In this document: in pieces, positions 37,638-50,401 of the stretch
Layout: each line of letters opens with the position of its first letter
Position numbering within the stretch: position 1 is the first letter of the stretch
NCBI GenBank assembly: GCA_965178125.1
Contig: OZ237744.1
Span: 682,001-746,000 of the forward strand
Length of the DNA stretch: 64,000 nucleotides
DNA from: Bilabrum cf. latius
Lineage: Eukaryota
Reading direction: 5' to 3'
Translations under genes and position numbers: made by a program
Notes under the pieces: model-generated
Databases searched by the model: none
The model's input: only the letters and a program-made list of their open reading frames with translations
Told to the model about the DNA's origin: nothing

Positions 37638-38510
37638 GCGTGCATCAACTGCATCCTTTGCAAAGACTTGCCGGAGGCTGATGCCTACGCTGCAGCCTCG
37701 AAGGAGCATGCCGCATCCCGCCTGCACAAGGAGAGCTCACTGCTTTCAGAGTTGATACAAAATGTGGCCCTAGACAGCTCAGCAAGCGTAGTAGTAGATG
37801 GTAGTCTCCGGTACGCGGACTGGTACAGTCAGGAGATCCTGCGAATCCGAAAGCAGTATCCCCACTACAGAATAGCCATCGTGTACGTAAAAGCAAGCGA
37901 ATAGAAAGTTTTGGAGCGAGCTCGACGAAGGGAAGCAGTGACAGGAAGGAGCGTCCCGGTTGAACTGCTCAGGGCTGCCATGAAGCAAGTGCCTCGGTCG
38001 TTTCGCATCCTCCGAAACCTCGTTCACTTCTCCGTTGAGCTGCAGAATGATAGCTCTGTCCCAGTATTCGTTCCACCAGGCGATGCAAAGACGTTTGCTC
38101 ACGTGTGGGACGGCTTGCGACCAGGCGGAGACGCAGCTGATGCGGCTGCACAAGCAGGTGCTCGCAAGCTGGAGGAGGATGGCGACACGGAGGAGCGCGA
38201 CCTGGCCAGCGGTGAGAGCGCGGCTGTATTCAGGTGGGACCTGCCTGCATCGTGCCCGACGCCAGCAGCGCACTGTGGTGCGGCAGCAGTCGCCGTGTAC
38301 GCGATGAGCGAGCACCGGCGTCTGCTCGCCAGGAGCTGTGCTCGATGCGAGGACGGGGAAGAGCACATTGTGGAGCACGAAGAGAAAGAAAAGGAAGAAA
38401 TAGAGGAATAGGAGCGATTGAAGAGCTCAGGAGACGGTAGTGCTGGGCAGCAGCCCGAAGCCGGCGCAGGTGCTGCAGGCCGAGCTGCATCGAGCGGCGA
38501 TTGGGAATGA
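37638..38510 (+). CDS. Zeta-toxin-like P-loop kinase domain, apparently missing its N-terminus (possible pseudogene)
   Basis: LPE..Y, HKES, VVDGSLR..WY, YRIAIVYV, RA.RREAVTGR.VP. In-frame TGA at 37635 upstream; no Walker A found. Confidence 0.55.
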
Positions 38511-38614
38511 TATACCTACATACATCAAGAATGATTGATGCAAACTGCTTCACAAGTCTCAACTTAAATTGTTTGTAGTTGGATTCAGCAGGAGAGCAAT
38601 CGCCGGCCTGGTAC

Positions 38615-40306
38615 TCACGAGGCTACCCCCACGGCATCACCGCTCACCTCCTCCCCTGCAGCGCCACTGCCACTCGTGGGCTCCTCCGAAGCTGTAGGCT
38701 TTGTGGAGGAGCTGAGGTCCTAACTCTCTGCAGAAGCGGCCGCTCCAGAGCTGTCCTAGTCGTCATCAGCGGCTGCCTGCGCCTCACATTCCGGGACCTC
38801 CGCAGCATCTCGCTGGGGGTCGCCCTCCACAACATCTCGCTCCGAGTCGCCCTGAGCGACATCTCGCTCCGAGTCGCCCTGAGCGACACCAGACACCTCG
38901 GGGCTACCGGTGATTGAGCTCGATCCGATGGAGACAGCGGAGCCCTCGCCGCCTCCCTTGCCATGGTCGTCATCTCCTGCCGCAGATTCGCCTTGCTTTC
39001 CTTCTTCATCGTCTTCCTCATCTGCTGCGGAAGCAGCACCGGCAGCGGCATCTGCGGCCCGTTTGGCCCGCTCCTCCTCTACCACAGCCGCGATTGTTTC
39101 GGCATACGGCTACTCCCACATCGGCACGCCAGTGGCTGGTTTATGTGTGGGCGGTAGAGCCCCATTTCGTCGCATGAAGGTGTCCGTCACGCTCCACACC
39201 ATCTGTCGGGCGGAGGCTGTGGTCCATTCGTGCTTGCGATGTCCAGCGGGCCGAGTGTTCACGATGCCGTTGACTGCGGTGTGGTGGAGATGAAAGAAAG
39301 CAAGGTGTGGATGGGTGGGAAGCGCGCTGGAGCGCGAGTTTTTGGTGAACACGCGGACAATTCGGCGTCACTCAATGGCCGGGCCAGAGCCGTGCTCTCC
39401 CGCCCACGGAGCTGCAGAGCTGGCCGATGCACGTCTCTTCTGATCACGACGCCAAGAAAGCTCACATGATTTTCCGTGCCTTCGCACCCATGCTCTTAGC
39501 CCCCCCTTCTCCTTCTTGAGCTGTGCCCGTGGGGGCGAGGTCACCCAGTCGAGGCACTGCTGCTCGTAGAACCTCTGAAGGTCGGGTGGATCTCTCCTGG
39601 AAATGCACTGCACGGCATCTGTAAGTGCTAGAAATTGGGTCCTCTTGAGTACCTCCGGCCTCTTCCTGAGCATTTCGTAGGCCACGCCGCCGCCAGCCGA
39701 GTGGGCAATCATGGCGATTGAGCGGGCTGGGCTCCTGCTCAAGATAGCATCCCAGCAGCTGAGACCGTGTCGGCTGCCGCCCATACCTCTAACAAACTGT
39801 TTGATTCCAGATTTTGGGTCCGTCCAGGAGCTTGTGTTGGGATTCAGTACGGCAACTGCCCAACCGCGCGCCCTGGCATGCTGGACATCGGGCAAGCAGG
39901 TGCCTTCCATTAGGCTGTTATTTATGCATAGCGCTCTCGCCCACTAGCCCGGACGGACTGCTCCCGAGCCCTATATGAGCAGCATTAGCCCCTAAGAGTT
40001 AGATTCGAGATCATCGGACACGAAAATGTCTGAAGTCGGGCTTGGTCCACGCGCGGTTTGCGTATCCATTGGGACGGATACCTTCCGCAACGACAACTAC
40101 TCCTGCATGACTGCCTATATGTACTGAAGTACAGCTTCGCCGAGGCGATCGTAGTGGGCCTAGCCTTGCCACTCGAATTCCAACAAGGTTTGAGCTTGCA
40201 AAATCCTACCTTTGAACACCGTATATCCCAATTGCCGAAGCTCATTCAGCGCATTGTCGACCATTGAAGGTGATCCAGCCTTAACGCTCTTGCCAGCAGC
40301 GGCCAT
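38615..40306 (-). CDS. FAM172A: FAM172/Arb2-domain alpha/beta-hydrolase-fold protein; intron 39274-39465
   Basis: LMLLI*GSGAVRPG*WARALCIN, AVLNPN, IAHSAGG, ALTDAV, AGH..HEWT. The 192-bp GTGAG...GCAG intron removes an in-frame TGA. Ends TGA. Confidence 0.85.
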
Positions 40307-40458
40307 GACCTTTTGGGCGGCAAGAACTTTCAGTTTGTCTCTTTGTCCCCGTTCTCGCTCGCGCGAAGAAAACCGGAATCCGGGACACAACTGGCGCAAC
40401 CAACCCCACGCACTGGTACAGACCCACCACACACAGCAACAATCATTCGAAACCCCCA

Positions 40459-42420
40459 TCAGTCTGCCTGCAGCTCGAGCAGCTGTGCCACCGCAAAGCG
40501 CCCCTCCACGAGCCACGTGCCTGGCCGCAGCGCAGCAGCCTCTGCCGCCTTGCCTGCATCCACGCCAGCCAGCACCCCCGCCTTGGCGGTGCGCAGGGCA
40601 CCCACCGCGAGCCTCACACCGCCTTTGGACCCAGCGCTTGGTTCCACCTGCCCCCGCACGGCCCCTGCAGCGGGGCCCCAGTACGCCCCCCACGCCTCCT
40701 GTAGGGGCGTGTCGTGGGGCCAGTGCCGGTCTCCAAGGAGTCTCCTGTAGTTGGCGTCACCTTTAAAGAGAACTAAAGCTCGATTGAAACGAGTCGTCCC
40801 AGGAGTGCCTGATGCTGCACGCGCCTCCACTGGCGCACCATCCGATGATGACCCTGCAGCAGCCGATTTCATCCCGCCATGGCCATGTTCCGCAGCACCA
40901 GTCCTATCGCTGGGCCTCGCACCCCCGAGGAACAAGTCACTGTACACGTGTGCTGGCGCATTCTCCATGGGCAAGGGCGAGTTGAAGAAATCATCCTGCC
41001 TAACGGTGAGCCGGCCATCGCCCAGAGCAGCCCGAAGCCTCCCAACGAGCTCACCGACAGCAGCGCGCTGCCCCTCAGACAACTTGCCTCTGCATTTGCG
41101 GGCCAGTCCCTCGATATCCCAGGCCTCTGCGTTGCTCGGTGGCCTGCCACTCCCATCATGGCACTCTGCATCTGTGGTGCTACCCGATACCGCCCTCCTA
41201 GATTCTGCCGCAGCTTCTGTTGCTGGCACAGCCACACCCGACGCGCCCTCATCGTCGCCTTCGTCCCAGCTGCCCGCAGCCAACGTCGCCAAGAACAGCA
41301 AGTGCTGCTCCACATCCAGGACGGTAGCGTCGCTGACAAACACCGGGTCTGTCTTTGCCACCAGCTCAACACGATGCACGGGCGACTCCGCTATTTCCGG
41401 ATCACTTGCTTTGGTCGCGCCTGCCGATCCGCTCGCACCATCGGCTGCTACAGCAGGGTCGGTCGAAGAGGAGGAGGGAGAGGAGCTGGGGGCCAGGAGC
41501 GCATCCACCAGCACAAGGTCGCAAAGCAACTCAAGCCCACAGTTATCAAGCACTATCGTGACTCGGGCGTTCGAGCCGACTTCAGATTCTACAACTTTGC
41601 ACTTCTCTAGTGCCCGCTCTCCCCGCTCTCCCTCAGTCTCTGACCCTGCGCCGGCTCTTGCTCGCCCGGCAAGGAACCCTGCCATGGCAGCAGAGTCGTC
41701 GCGCAGCATCCCGCCTGCCTCTGTGAGAGGTATCGTGGCGTGGCCAGTTGGATCTATGGCTGGCACGTCCTTACCTGGCGGTCCATGGCTCGGGCCTGAC
41801 CCTGAGCCCGACGATTCAGAGCCAGAGGCGGAGGCACTTGCCCCATGCTTGCCACCGTGCCCCGCCGGAGCGTCGAAGTGGCTGGCGTCCACGGCCCCTC
41901 CAGAAAGCGACAGGTCTGCGCGGTTTCCCCAAAGTGATCTTAAGATTGCAGCACGCACCGACTGCTCCCACGTATCTGATTTTCCAGTGCCTGCCAGGGG
42001 AAGCACGGTCGCAACGAAGCTGTCCGTAGCGGATTCAAGGGCATCGCGCTTGTGGGGAATGAAGGGATCCGCAGCAAAGCCCAAGATCTCGTGCACAACT
42101 CGATACGCGAGGTTTTCTATTGACCACCACCTGGCTTCCAACCAGCGGTGCTGCTGCTCTCCGTTGTCCCGAACAGTCGTCGCGAGATCTGTCTTGAAGT
42201 CGTTGTTTCGAGAGTGTTCTAGCGAAGGGAGAGCTTGGTTTGATTCAATATCACGTGCAAGCTACAAAATTCCCTTGGCTTGGTCAGAAGCCAGCCATGG
42301 ATTCCTCTCTGCGACGCTCTTGACGATGCTTGGCAGTCTCTTTGAAATACTGTCCTGCGTGAATGGGTCTGCATCTACTCCTCTGAGAAACGCTGGACCG
42401 CCTGCGATATTATGAGACAT
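40459..42420 (-). CDS. ARMT1: DUF89/ARMT1-like damage-control phosphatase (1 TAG at 42262)
   Basis: RLPSI, DPF..HK, LWGNRADLS, VLDNCGLEL..DL, K..PVFVSD, FKGDANYRRLLGD, LRTAK. Ends TGA. Confidence 0.88.
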
Positions 42421-42935
42421 ACTTGATCTCGAAGCAACTCTACCCACTGCAGCTTGCATCCACTCGGGGACACACGAAGGCAAAAAAGGATTGCATGCAA
42501 GATTCCGAGTCCGGATTTCAACAGTAACGAGCACTTTTTACCCGGAACAGACCTCAGACCTCCTCTCGATCGAGCGCTATTTACCAGGCATCTTGCCACC
42601 AAACCAACTTCCCGCCCCACTTTTAAATGCGAAGCTTTATGGCGGCTTTTCTGGCCAGCACTTGCTTGATTTCGATCGTCGCTGGTGTGGTGCAGCCCGG
42701 CGTTTCGAGAAGTGATCCATCCAGCGCGGTGGATGCGGCCCCTGGAGAAGATCTGAGTCATATTGTAAGCCTAATATTGTGCATCATGGTGTTTGTTTGC
42801 TGCTTATGGTTTGCAGTAACTCTGTGGTAGCACATTTTCGACCTGCTTCGCGATGGTGCGGTATTCGAAGAGACTCGCTCGTCAAGGTCCGTTTGCTAGT
42901 CTTCTAGTCCGTTCCATGATACGCAGACCAGTGGA

Positions 42936-45161
42936 ATGCAGTTTAAGAGTCCGAATCTTGCCATGGCGTCGATTGCGGGCGCTATTGAGGAGGAGGAGGG
43001 CGAAAGGATCTCTAGCAGCGCGAGGGTCCTGCTCATCGTTTGCGTGGCTGCGTTCGTCGTGGCATTTTCGATCTCGTTCGAATTGGCCAGGGATTGGGTG
43101 CTCGAGAATTCCTCGCCCCAGATGCTTGCGATCATCTCGTCCCTGCTCGGAGAGCTCACAAACATGGGTTCCCTGGGCCTCGTGCTGTTCATCCTCAAGA
43201 CCTCCGACGCTCTCGACAAGATTGGCGCCGACACGCTCGGCGAGGAGCACGCCGCGGAGCTGGAAGAAGTGATTGAAACCATCCATATGATCATTTTCTT
43301 TGTGATGGTCCTGTTCCTCATCCAGTGCTGCTTCCTGGTGCTGTACGGCAACCGCCAGATCCAGCGGTGGGAGCGACTGGACGAGGGAGCGTCGAGGGAG
43401 GACCACGTGGTGGGCGGACTGGTAGCCTACTACGACGGCACTCACGAGCACGGATGTGTGGAGGAGTGCGCGGCGTGCATGTGCCACGAGAAGCACGCGG
43501 CTGTCACGCAGGGGCAGTACGCCGCACTGAGGAGACAGTTCATCCACGCGCAGCACAAGAAGCTGCGGCTCGACGCACACTTCCGGTTTGACGACTATCT
43601 GGCGCGGGTTTTGGGCAACCAGTTCGCCGAGGTCGTGGAGATCAACTACATGGCTTGGTTGATGCTCTTCGTGGTGGTATCCGCCATCACGTGCTGCATC
43701 TTAGAGAAGAGCATGATCCTCCTGTTGATCGTCTTCTTCTCCATCGCGCTTACCATCCCTGCAGTGTTCTGGATGGTCAACTGGCACTTCCACGACGCGC
43801 TGGCGGAGCTGACCCCCCCTCACGTGGAGGCCATCGCCAGGAGAAGGTCCTCCTCGCTTTCCTCCTCCAAGGCGGGTGCGGGGGCGGGGGCGGGTGCTCC
43901 CCTTCTAGACGGCGAGCGGGGCGGGATGCACCCTTCTTCTGTCAACACCGGGGCGCACGTGTTCGCGAATCATCAGGACGGGGAAGGGGTGGCTTCCTTG
44001 CCTCCCACCATCAGAGATTCGGGCAGGCAGAAGAGCGTGGGGGTCAACGAGGCCGGCGTGGTCGTGATTCCCGACCACCACTGGGACACGAAGGACGTGC
44101 CCTACCTGAAGAGGGAGGTGTTGCCCCCTTCTGCCCTGCAGAAGGCGCTCCTTGGGCAGGGTGTTCCCTCGAAGCACGAGTCGGTGTTCTGGTTCGGAGA
44201 CAGAACTGAAGAGCTGGGCGGGTTCCTGTTCACTCTCTTCATGCTGATGAACTCGGTCTATCTCGGCGTGCTGTGCGTGATCATCGCACCCATGATCTGG
44301 GAGTCTGACTTCGAGTCGAGCAAGATCATCGCCGTGGTGGTGACCGTGGCTGGATGGGTGCCCGGCCTGGTATTCATGTGGCTGCTGCCGGGTACCATCA
44401 CCAAGTTCGTGGTGGCGACCTCGATCGAGCAGATGACCAAGAGCAAGGTGGTGCAGGACACGCTGCGAGCGATGAAGGCAAAGAGGACGCTCATGGTGCT
44501 CAAGATCCTCGCGGGGCTCAAGTCGGCCAAGCGACCCAAAGGTGCATCGCACGGTGGCGATGAGGGCAAGGAGGCCGGCCAGGGAGGCGCTGCCGGCTCG
44601 GTCGAATCCAAGGATTCGGATTCTGGCAGCGGCAGCGGTAGCGCGCCCATCTCGAGGCGGCAGAGCGCGGCGGAGAGGATTAGCAGGATGGATCCCGCCA
44701 CTTTGACCCGCAAGAAGAACGAGATCCGGGCAGTGTTCCGCATGTTCGACCAGGGGGGCGACGGCTCGATCGAGGCTCACGAGATCGTGAAGCTGCTCAA
44801 GGCCACCGGCTGGCAGGGTACCGATGAGGAGGCGCAGGCGATCCTTCAGGAGCTGGATGACGATGGCTCGGGCGAGGTTTCGTTCGATGAGTTCTTCCAC
44901 TGGTGCGTAGACACGGGCATCGGTATGAGCGACGGCGAGGGGGAAGACTCTGTGGAGGAGGCCACGGAGAGGATCTTCGAGATGCTGGACCAGGACGGAT
45001 CCGGGACCATCACGGCGTCCGAAATGGCTGGCCTGTTCAAACAGGTGTGCAAGGATATTAGCGAGGACGACGTGATGCAGCTCGTGCATGAGTGGGACGA
45101 TTCGGGAGACGGGAAGCTAGACCAGGAGGAGCTCGAGAAGATGCTCCGGTCCGTGCTGTGA
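42936..45161 (+). CDS. MLO: MLO-family 7-TM protein fused to a calmodulin-like four-EF-hand domain (start ATG 42936 or 42963)
   Basis: MLO-like motifs GELT.MG, IHMIIF, W..., Y..LRRQFI..H, FRFDDYL, F.EVVEI...W, FWF. EF loops DQGGDGSIE, DDDGSGEVS, DQDGSGTIT, DDSGDGKLD. Confidence 0.78.
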   Translation: MQFKSPNLAMASIAGAIEEEEGERISSSARVLLIVCVAAFVVAFSISFELARDWVLENSSPQMLAIISSLLGELTNMGSLGLVLFILKTSDALDKIGADTLGEEHAAELEEVIETIHMIIFFVMVLFLIQCCFLVLYGNRQIQRWERLDEGASREDHVVGGLVAYYDGTHEHGCVEECAACMCHEKHAAVTQGQYAALRRQFIHAQHKKLRLDAHFRFDDYLARVLGNQFAEVVEINYMAWLMLFVVVSAITCCILEKSMILLLIVFFSIALTIPAVFWMVNWHFHDALAELTPPHVEAIARRRSSSLSSSKAGAGAGAGAPLLDGERGGMHPSSVNTGAHVFANHQDGEGVASLPPTIRDSGRQKSVGVNEAGVVVIPDHHWDTKDVPYLKREVLPPSALQKALLGQGVPSKHESVFWFGDRTEELGGFLFTLFMLMNSVYLGVLCVIIAPMIWESDFESSKIIAVVVTVAGWVPGLVFMWLLPGTITKFVVATSIEQMTKSKVVQDTLRAMKAKRTLMVLKILAGLKSAKRPKGASHGGDEGKEAGQGGAAGSVESKDSDSGSGSGSAPISRRQSAAERISRMDPATLTRKKNEIRAVFRMFDQGGDGSIEAHEIVKLLKATGWQGTDEEAQAILQELDDDGSGEVSFDEFFHWCVDTGIGMSDGEGEDSVEEATERIFEMLDQDGSGTITASEMAGLFKQVCKDISEDDVMQLVHEWDDSGDGKLDQEELEKMLRSVL

Positions 45162-45287
45162 CCTATCTAGGTGCCGCGCGAACGGCTCTAGCGTTTTCGT
45201 TTGACTGATTGCTGTATCAGCGTTTGCATCCACTCACTGCGTGTCACACCGCAAAGAATTGCAACCATTGCCACCGCGGCTCGCGAA

Positions 45288-48200
45288 ATGCGGTTGCGAC
45301 CGCTGGCCACGGAAAGCTTGACGAGGCTGCCATCATCGGGGATGGCGACGAGCGCCATGGATGACCCCCCCGAGAACATCGACGAAGTCATTCCTCGAAT
45401 GCGAAGATCTGCAACGATTGGGTCAAGGGCAGAATCCAAGTAGCTGGATGGGAGCACGACGCCGCGAGGGACCGTGCGTAAGCGGACCCTACGGTCGATT
45501 CCCACCTCACCGGCGTTGGCTGCAGCGTTGAACAGTCGAGGCGTGTCTTTTAATGCAAGTTTAAGCTCATCTCGACCGAGGTCTTTCAGCAGCGCGGATT
45601 CTCCCTCACCGGGTGACCAGGTTCCAAGGTTGATGCGAACGCGCACTGCCACTACTCCGAGGGAGCCTCTTCGCAGCAGACTAGGATCTTCTGCGGCTTC
45701 TTCCCCACGCGGCGTTGGAGACAAGATTGCGTCTCCACGAAAGCAGTCATCGGATGGCAAGAGTGATGCAGCAGGCGGTGCAGCTGACCACCTAGTTGCA
45801 GCGAGTCCGCGATCGAGATCTCCAGAAGAGCTGAGGCAGCGACTAAAGTCTGCGCCACATTTGCTTTCTATTCTGTCGACTAGTCTAAAACGGTCTGAAA
45901 CCATGGCCGGCCTTGACTCAGATTCGGATGAGGCCGATAATGAGGACACGGCAGGCACCCTGCACCTTTCAGGAGCAGAAGCAATGGGTGCGACCGCAAA
46001 GGAGAAGCCAAACCTGCGATTAGCAATTGCTGGCAGTAATTCTAAGGCTCCTTCTCACAGGGCATCTGAGACTGACGAGGCTGTCAGCATGCAAGCCGCT
46101 GCGGCTGTGCTCGCCTCTCCGCTGACATCCCCACTCCCTGGTGGCATCATGGGCACTCCACGGGTGGATGCGAAAGGTAATCGGCAGCGGCAACCGTCAG
46201 TGCTAGCCCTAGACTCTGAATCGTACTCTGTAGAGAGCGTCGAGGAGTATTAGGACGAGGATCAAGCTGCTGACCGGATGCAGCAAGGCTCCCCGAACGA
46301 CTCGAAGGTTCAGCCAGCGGGCGAGCAAGGTGAGCAAGGGCACGGTGAGGGAGAGGGCAAGGAACAGGACGTGGATGGTGGACAACCGTAGCAACAAGAT
46401 TTGCCGGGGAGTTCCAGCGGCTCGGTCGCGGCCCGGCAGCCTGTCTCGACAGCAGCCGACCGTGTCCCAGTCGCGCCCGAGACAGCAATAGAACGAATTG
46501 CATCTCCCCAGCGACGCGAAGTCGATGCGTATGGCGGTAGAAATCTTGGCACGCCGTCACCGCCGCGCGCGGCTCGCCAGTCGCAGTTGTCACCGCGCAA
46601 TGCGGCCTCGGCAACAGCTCCGTCGTTTGAAGGTACCACCAGCAGACGTGGCAGCAGCAGCGGCGGGGGCAGCGGCTCCCGTCGGTCAAGAAGAAACAGC
46701 CGTCGCAGGAGCAGGCGAAGCTCGGCAAGGGCCGGACGCGTGCCGACGGACATGTCGGCAAGCGCACTCAGCCTGAGCGATTCCAGCTCAGTGATGTCCT
46801 CGGATGCAGACGAGACCAGCAGTGCGGGAGGGGAGCTAGCAGGGACCGAAGGAAGAGGGCGCGTACGCGAACAGTACGCGCAAGAGCAGCACGCATTCTT
46901 GCTTCCTGTTGCCAAGCGCAGCACAAGCAGCAGCAACGACGGCGGTGGCAATTACGGGAACGCGAAAGGCCCGGCCAGGAGCCCCACCGGCGGGTCGCCG
47001 AAACCGTTCATCCCCAAGCTCGACATGCACGCGGCGACAAGAGCCAAAGATGGCGAACGCTAGCCAGACCCACTGCCCACGGCCGAGGTCAGTGGTCTTG
47101 CAGAGCAGGCGGGTAGTGGAAACGAACCCGAACCGCTGGACGTGCGGGTGGGGGGATCGAGTGCGACGTCCTCGGATGGCCAGAACAGGGGCTTGCACTT
47201 CGACTGGCGCAGTGAGGTGGTCCGAGACGCTGTCGGCAGCCTGACTCCATCTTCTAGAAGTAATGCACCAACGCCGAAGCACTTTAACGCAGGAACTGCC
47301 CAGGCTAGCTCACCGGCTCGTCATGTAGCAATGCCGTCTGGGAGACAAAGTCATCCGCACGCCAAGGCCCCCGCCTCCTGCAACGAGCCGCAAGACCCCA
47401 GGGCTGAATCACCAACCAACTCGGCCCTATCTACCGTGCTTCCTCCCGTCTCGAGCGCTGCGGAGACCGCCAGCAGCACTGGTACGCGCGATGCTGAGTC
47501 TAGGAGCGAGAGGGGCGATGCCGTCCGGCTGCCACCCGCCGTTGGCCCCGCGAGCCTTCCAGCCACTGGCATGGGAGATGGTGCCGCTGACAAGAGGCCT
47601 CGAAGCAGCTACAGCAACTCATCTCTTCCATCAATCGACACGGATGGTCCTGCGCGCGGCTCCGATGGTGCGGCCCCCCGAAGCACCGCAGCGCAGAGCG
47701 GCCCCGTCCCTCCGCCTACCAGACACAGAGCCGACAGCGAGGCAGGACAACGGCGAGTTGGCGCGCCGGCGTCGCCCATGGGACCGCAGTCTCCTCGAAG
47801 CGTGAGTTCCGAGTCCTCCCCGCGAAAGAGGGGACCCAGGTCCGTTGGGCGCAGGCTGAGAGTTGCCACTGGCGGCCAAGACGGCGTCAAACGACTTGCT
47901 GGGACTCCGGCAGCAGACACGACGACTGGTGTGCAGATTGCTGGTCCGCGGCACCGGGGGCGCGGGTCGTCGTCCTCGTCCTCAGAGGGCGCTCCAGCTG
48001 CCGGTCAGCCAGCCACTACGTCCGTGCATTCGTTCCGGTCCATCGACAGGAAGAGCTCCCACGGAAGCGTGATTTCTCCGAGAGAGCGCGCGCGCCGGCT
48101 GCACGCAGAGGCCTCGTTTGAGGACCTCCACAATGGACCGGGAAACGCAACCAGTCGCCGGCTCGATCGCGGCTCCAGCGCCAGCAGCTCGGACAAGCGC

Positions 48201-50210
48201 CGCGATCGGCCTCGCAGCAGAGTGGGCTCAGACACTGAGGCGAAGCCAAGCAAGGCCAGAAACCGAGACTACAGCAAGCCATGGAGGGCGAATGCAGACA
48301 AACAGCAGCTGGGGAAAATCCAGGCGAGGATTGACTACAGCCGAAGCGGGAAGTGGAAGACATAGGGTGCTCTCCCAGCGGAAGGCGCTTCCTCGCCTTC
48401 CCACACGCAGGCTCACCACCCCCACGCCCCCTTGCACCCGCACCTGTCAGGCCAGCGACCTTCGCCCCGCTCCCCACGAGTAGCTCCGACGAGCAGTGCT
48501 GCCCGCGCGAGCAGCAGACTGGAGCAGTGGGGCGCTGAGACATCCGTGGGCGGTTCTTCCCGGTCTGCTGCCGGCAGCAGGGCGAGGCTCGCTTCCCTAG
48601 ACAGCACACCGGGTACCATGGGGGCCGCTGCGACTCCCAGGTCTGTAGCGAGCGGAGGTCGTTCTCCGGATGGCAGGTCTACGCGGGTTGCGGTGTAGAG
48701 CGGTCGCAGGAGTGCATCCCCAACGTCTTCCATTGGAAGGGAGTCGCCGGGTGGGCTGGGGCACGGCGGCCAGTCGTCAGAGGCGCAGGAAGCGTTGCGG
48801 CAGTTCACTCAAAGATTGGAAGCCGCTGCAAATCGTGGGGACGAGACGTCTGGCGTGCTGCTACAGCAAGCCGCACAGCTTGCCAGGGCCATCGATGTCG
48901 CGAGGAAGCCCAGCCCGAGCATGGGCGATGCAGCGTGGGCGATCCACAAGGAGAGACAGTATCGCATGCGGAAGCAGCAGAGCATTGGCTCACCCGCCGC
49001 CGCCGCCCCGCAGGCATCAACCGGACGCCAGTCGTCGCTACCTTCAGACCTGACCTAGGACGTGCAGGTGATCCTGCAGCGCTCCAGAAGCGGTAGGAAG
49101 TACGCAGGCGACGGTCTTGCATGGGAATCGAGCGCAGGAAGGCGGAGCCGCGGTGGGTCCGAGCAGGTGGCAGATGCGAGAAGTTCATCGTCGCGCACCG
49201 GCACGACGGATGATGATGAGGGGGAAGACGCCGTGGAAGCGCACTTCATGGCGACAACGGCTGGACGGAGGGCTGGTACAAGCGCAGATCCTGCTATTCG
49301 GACCGATTTGCGGGATGGTGTGGCGGGGGCATTTGGCCGTGGCGGCCGGCGCGACGTGTCTTCGGTCTCTTCGTCCTGGAGTAAGCATACAAGGTCATCC
49401 CCTGAGCCGCCGCACGCCAGCGAGCTTACCCCTAGGGGACACCGAGGAGCTTGCACTGGCACTGGCACTGGCACTGGTACTGGCACTGGCACTGGCACTG
49501 CCGGCGGTGGTGGTGCGAGACTCCCTGTCTATTCCGGCAGTGCCACAGACTCGAGGCGCGTGTCAACAAGCTCCGGCGAAGGCAGGCCCAGCACCACGTC
49601 TGGTCAGACAGGGGCAGGGACAGTCAGGCTTCCTGCTTGGTCAGGCTCCGTGGAAGATAGGGGTTCCAATCCTAAGAAAGACGCCCTTCCAGGGCAGGAC
49701 AGAGAGGACTCAGGCGATCAGCTCATGCTCGAGTCCACCCGTCGGGTGGCGCGGGCGCAGGAAAACCCAACGCACAGTCCGCTTCACAGGTCACACGGTC
49801 CTGTGGTGGCCAGCAGCAGGCGCCAAAGCCCTTCGGTGGCTGCCACTGCCAGTGGAGTGGGAAGGCCGGGTCGCCGATACCGCTTGGCTGGGGAGCGTGG
49901 GAAGGAACGCACGAGCAGGGACGCTTTGTCTCGTGGCGGAAGGCTGCGAGTGCGACCGACTGATGGCGCATCGCGTCACGGCTCAGGTGACGCCTCCGGT
50001 GGACGGCATAGAACCGATTCTGAACTGTCTGGAATGCACATGTATTCGCCCCTTGTTGACATTAGTGGTGGGTCACAAGGTCGCGGTTCACGCCAAGGGA
50101 CCGAGGGTCGTACGCCAGCGAGGGCAGGCGCCGAGGCGAAGGCGGCCCGAGGCAAGGGCGGCAAGAGCAGAAGAAGAAGTTTCTTGTCCGTTGAATCAGA
50201 TGAAGACTAA
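45288..50210 (+). CDS. Large Ser/Gly/Arg-rich, probably disordered hypothetical protein, about 1,640 aa (7 TAG)
   Basis: Seven same-frame ORF pieces joined only by TAG; ends TAA. Confidence 0.75.
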
Positions 50211-50401
50211 ATGCCAGTCCTCTCTGCCGCGAGGACTGGGATTGTCCAGGTCGCGTGTCGGTATCCTCGCGTGTATTGTTGCGAATACTTTTCGTGTGCA
50301 TTATCTGGTTTTCCTTTTCGGTACGCGAGCAGACCCAGCCTCAAGGTGGCGAACAGAAGGATCCTTGTGGGCTGGCTCAAATCACATCTATTCATATCAT
50401 C

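Noticed and set aside
40751-42415. 554-aa + strand ORF
   Set aside because: Antisense shadow of the ARMT1-like gene.
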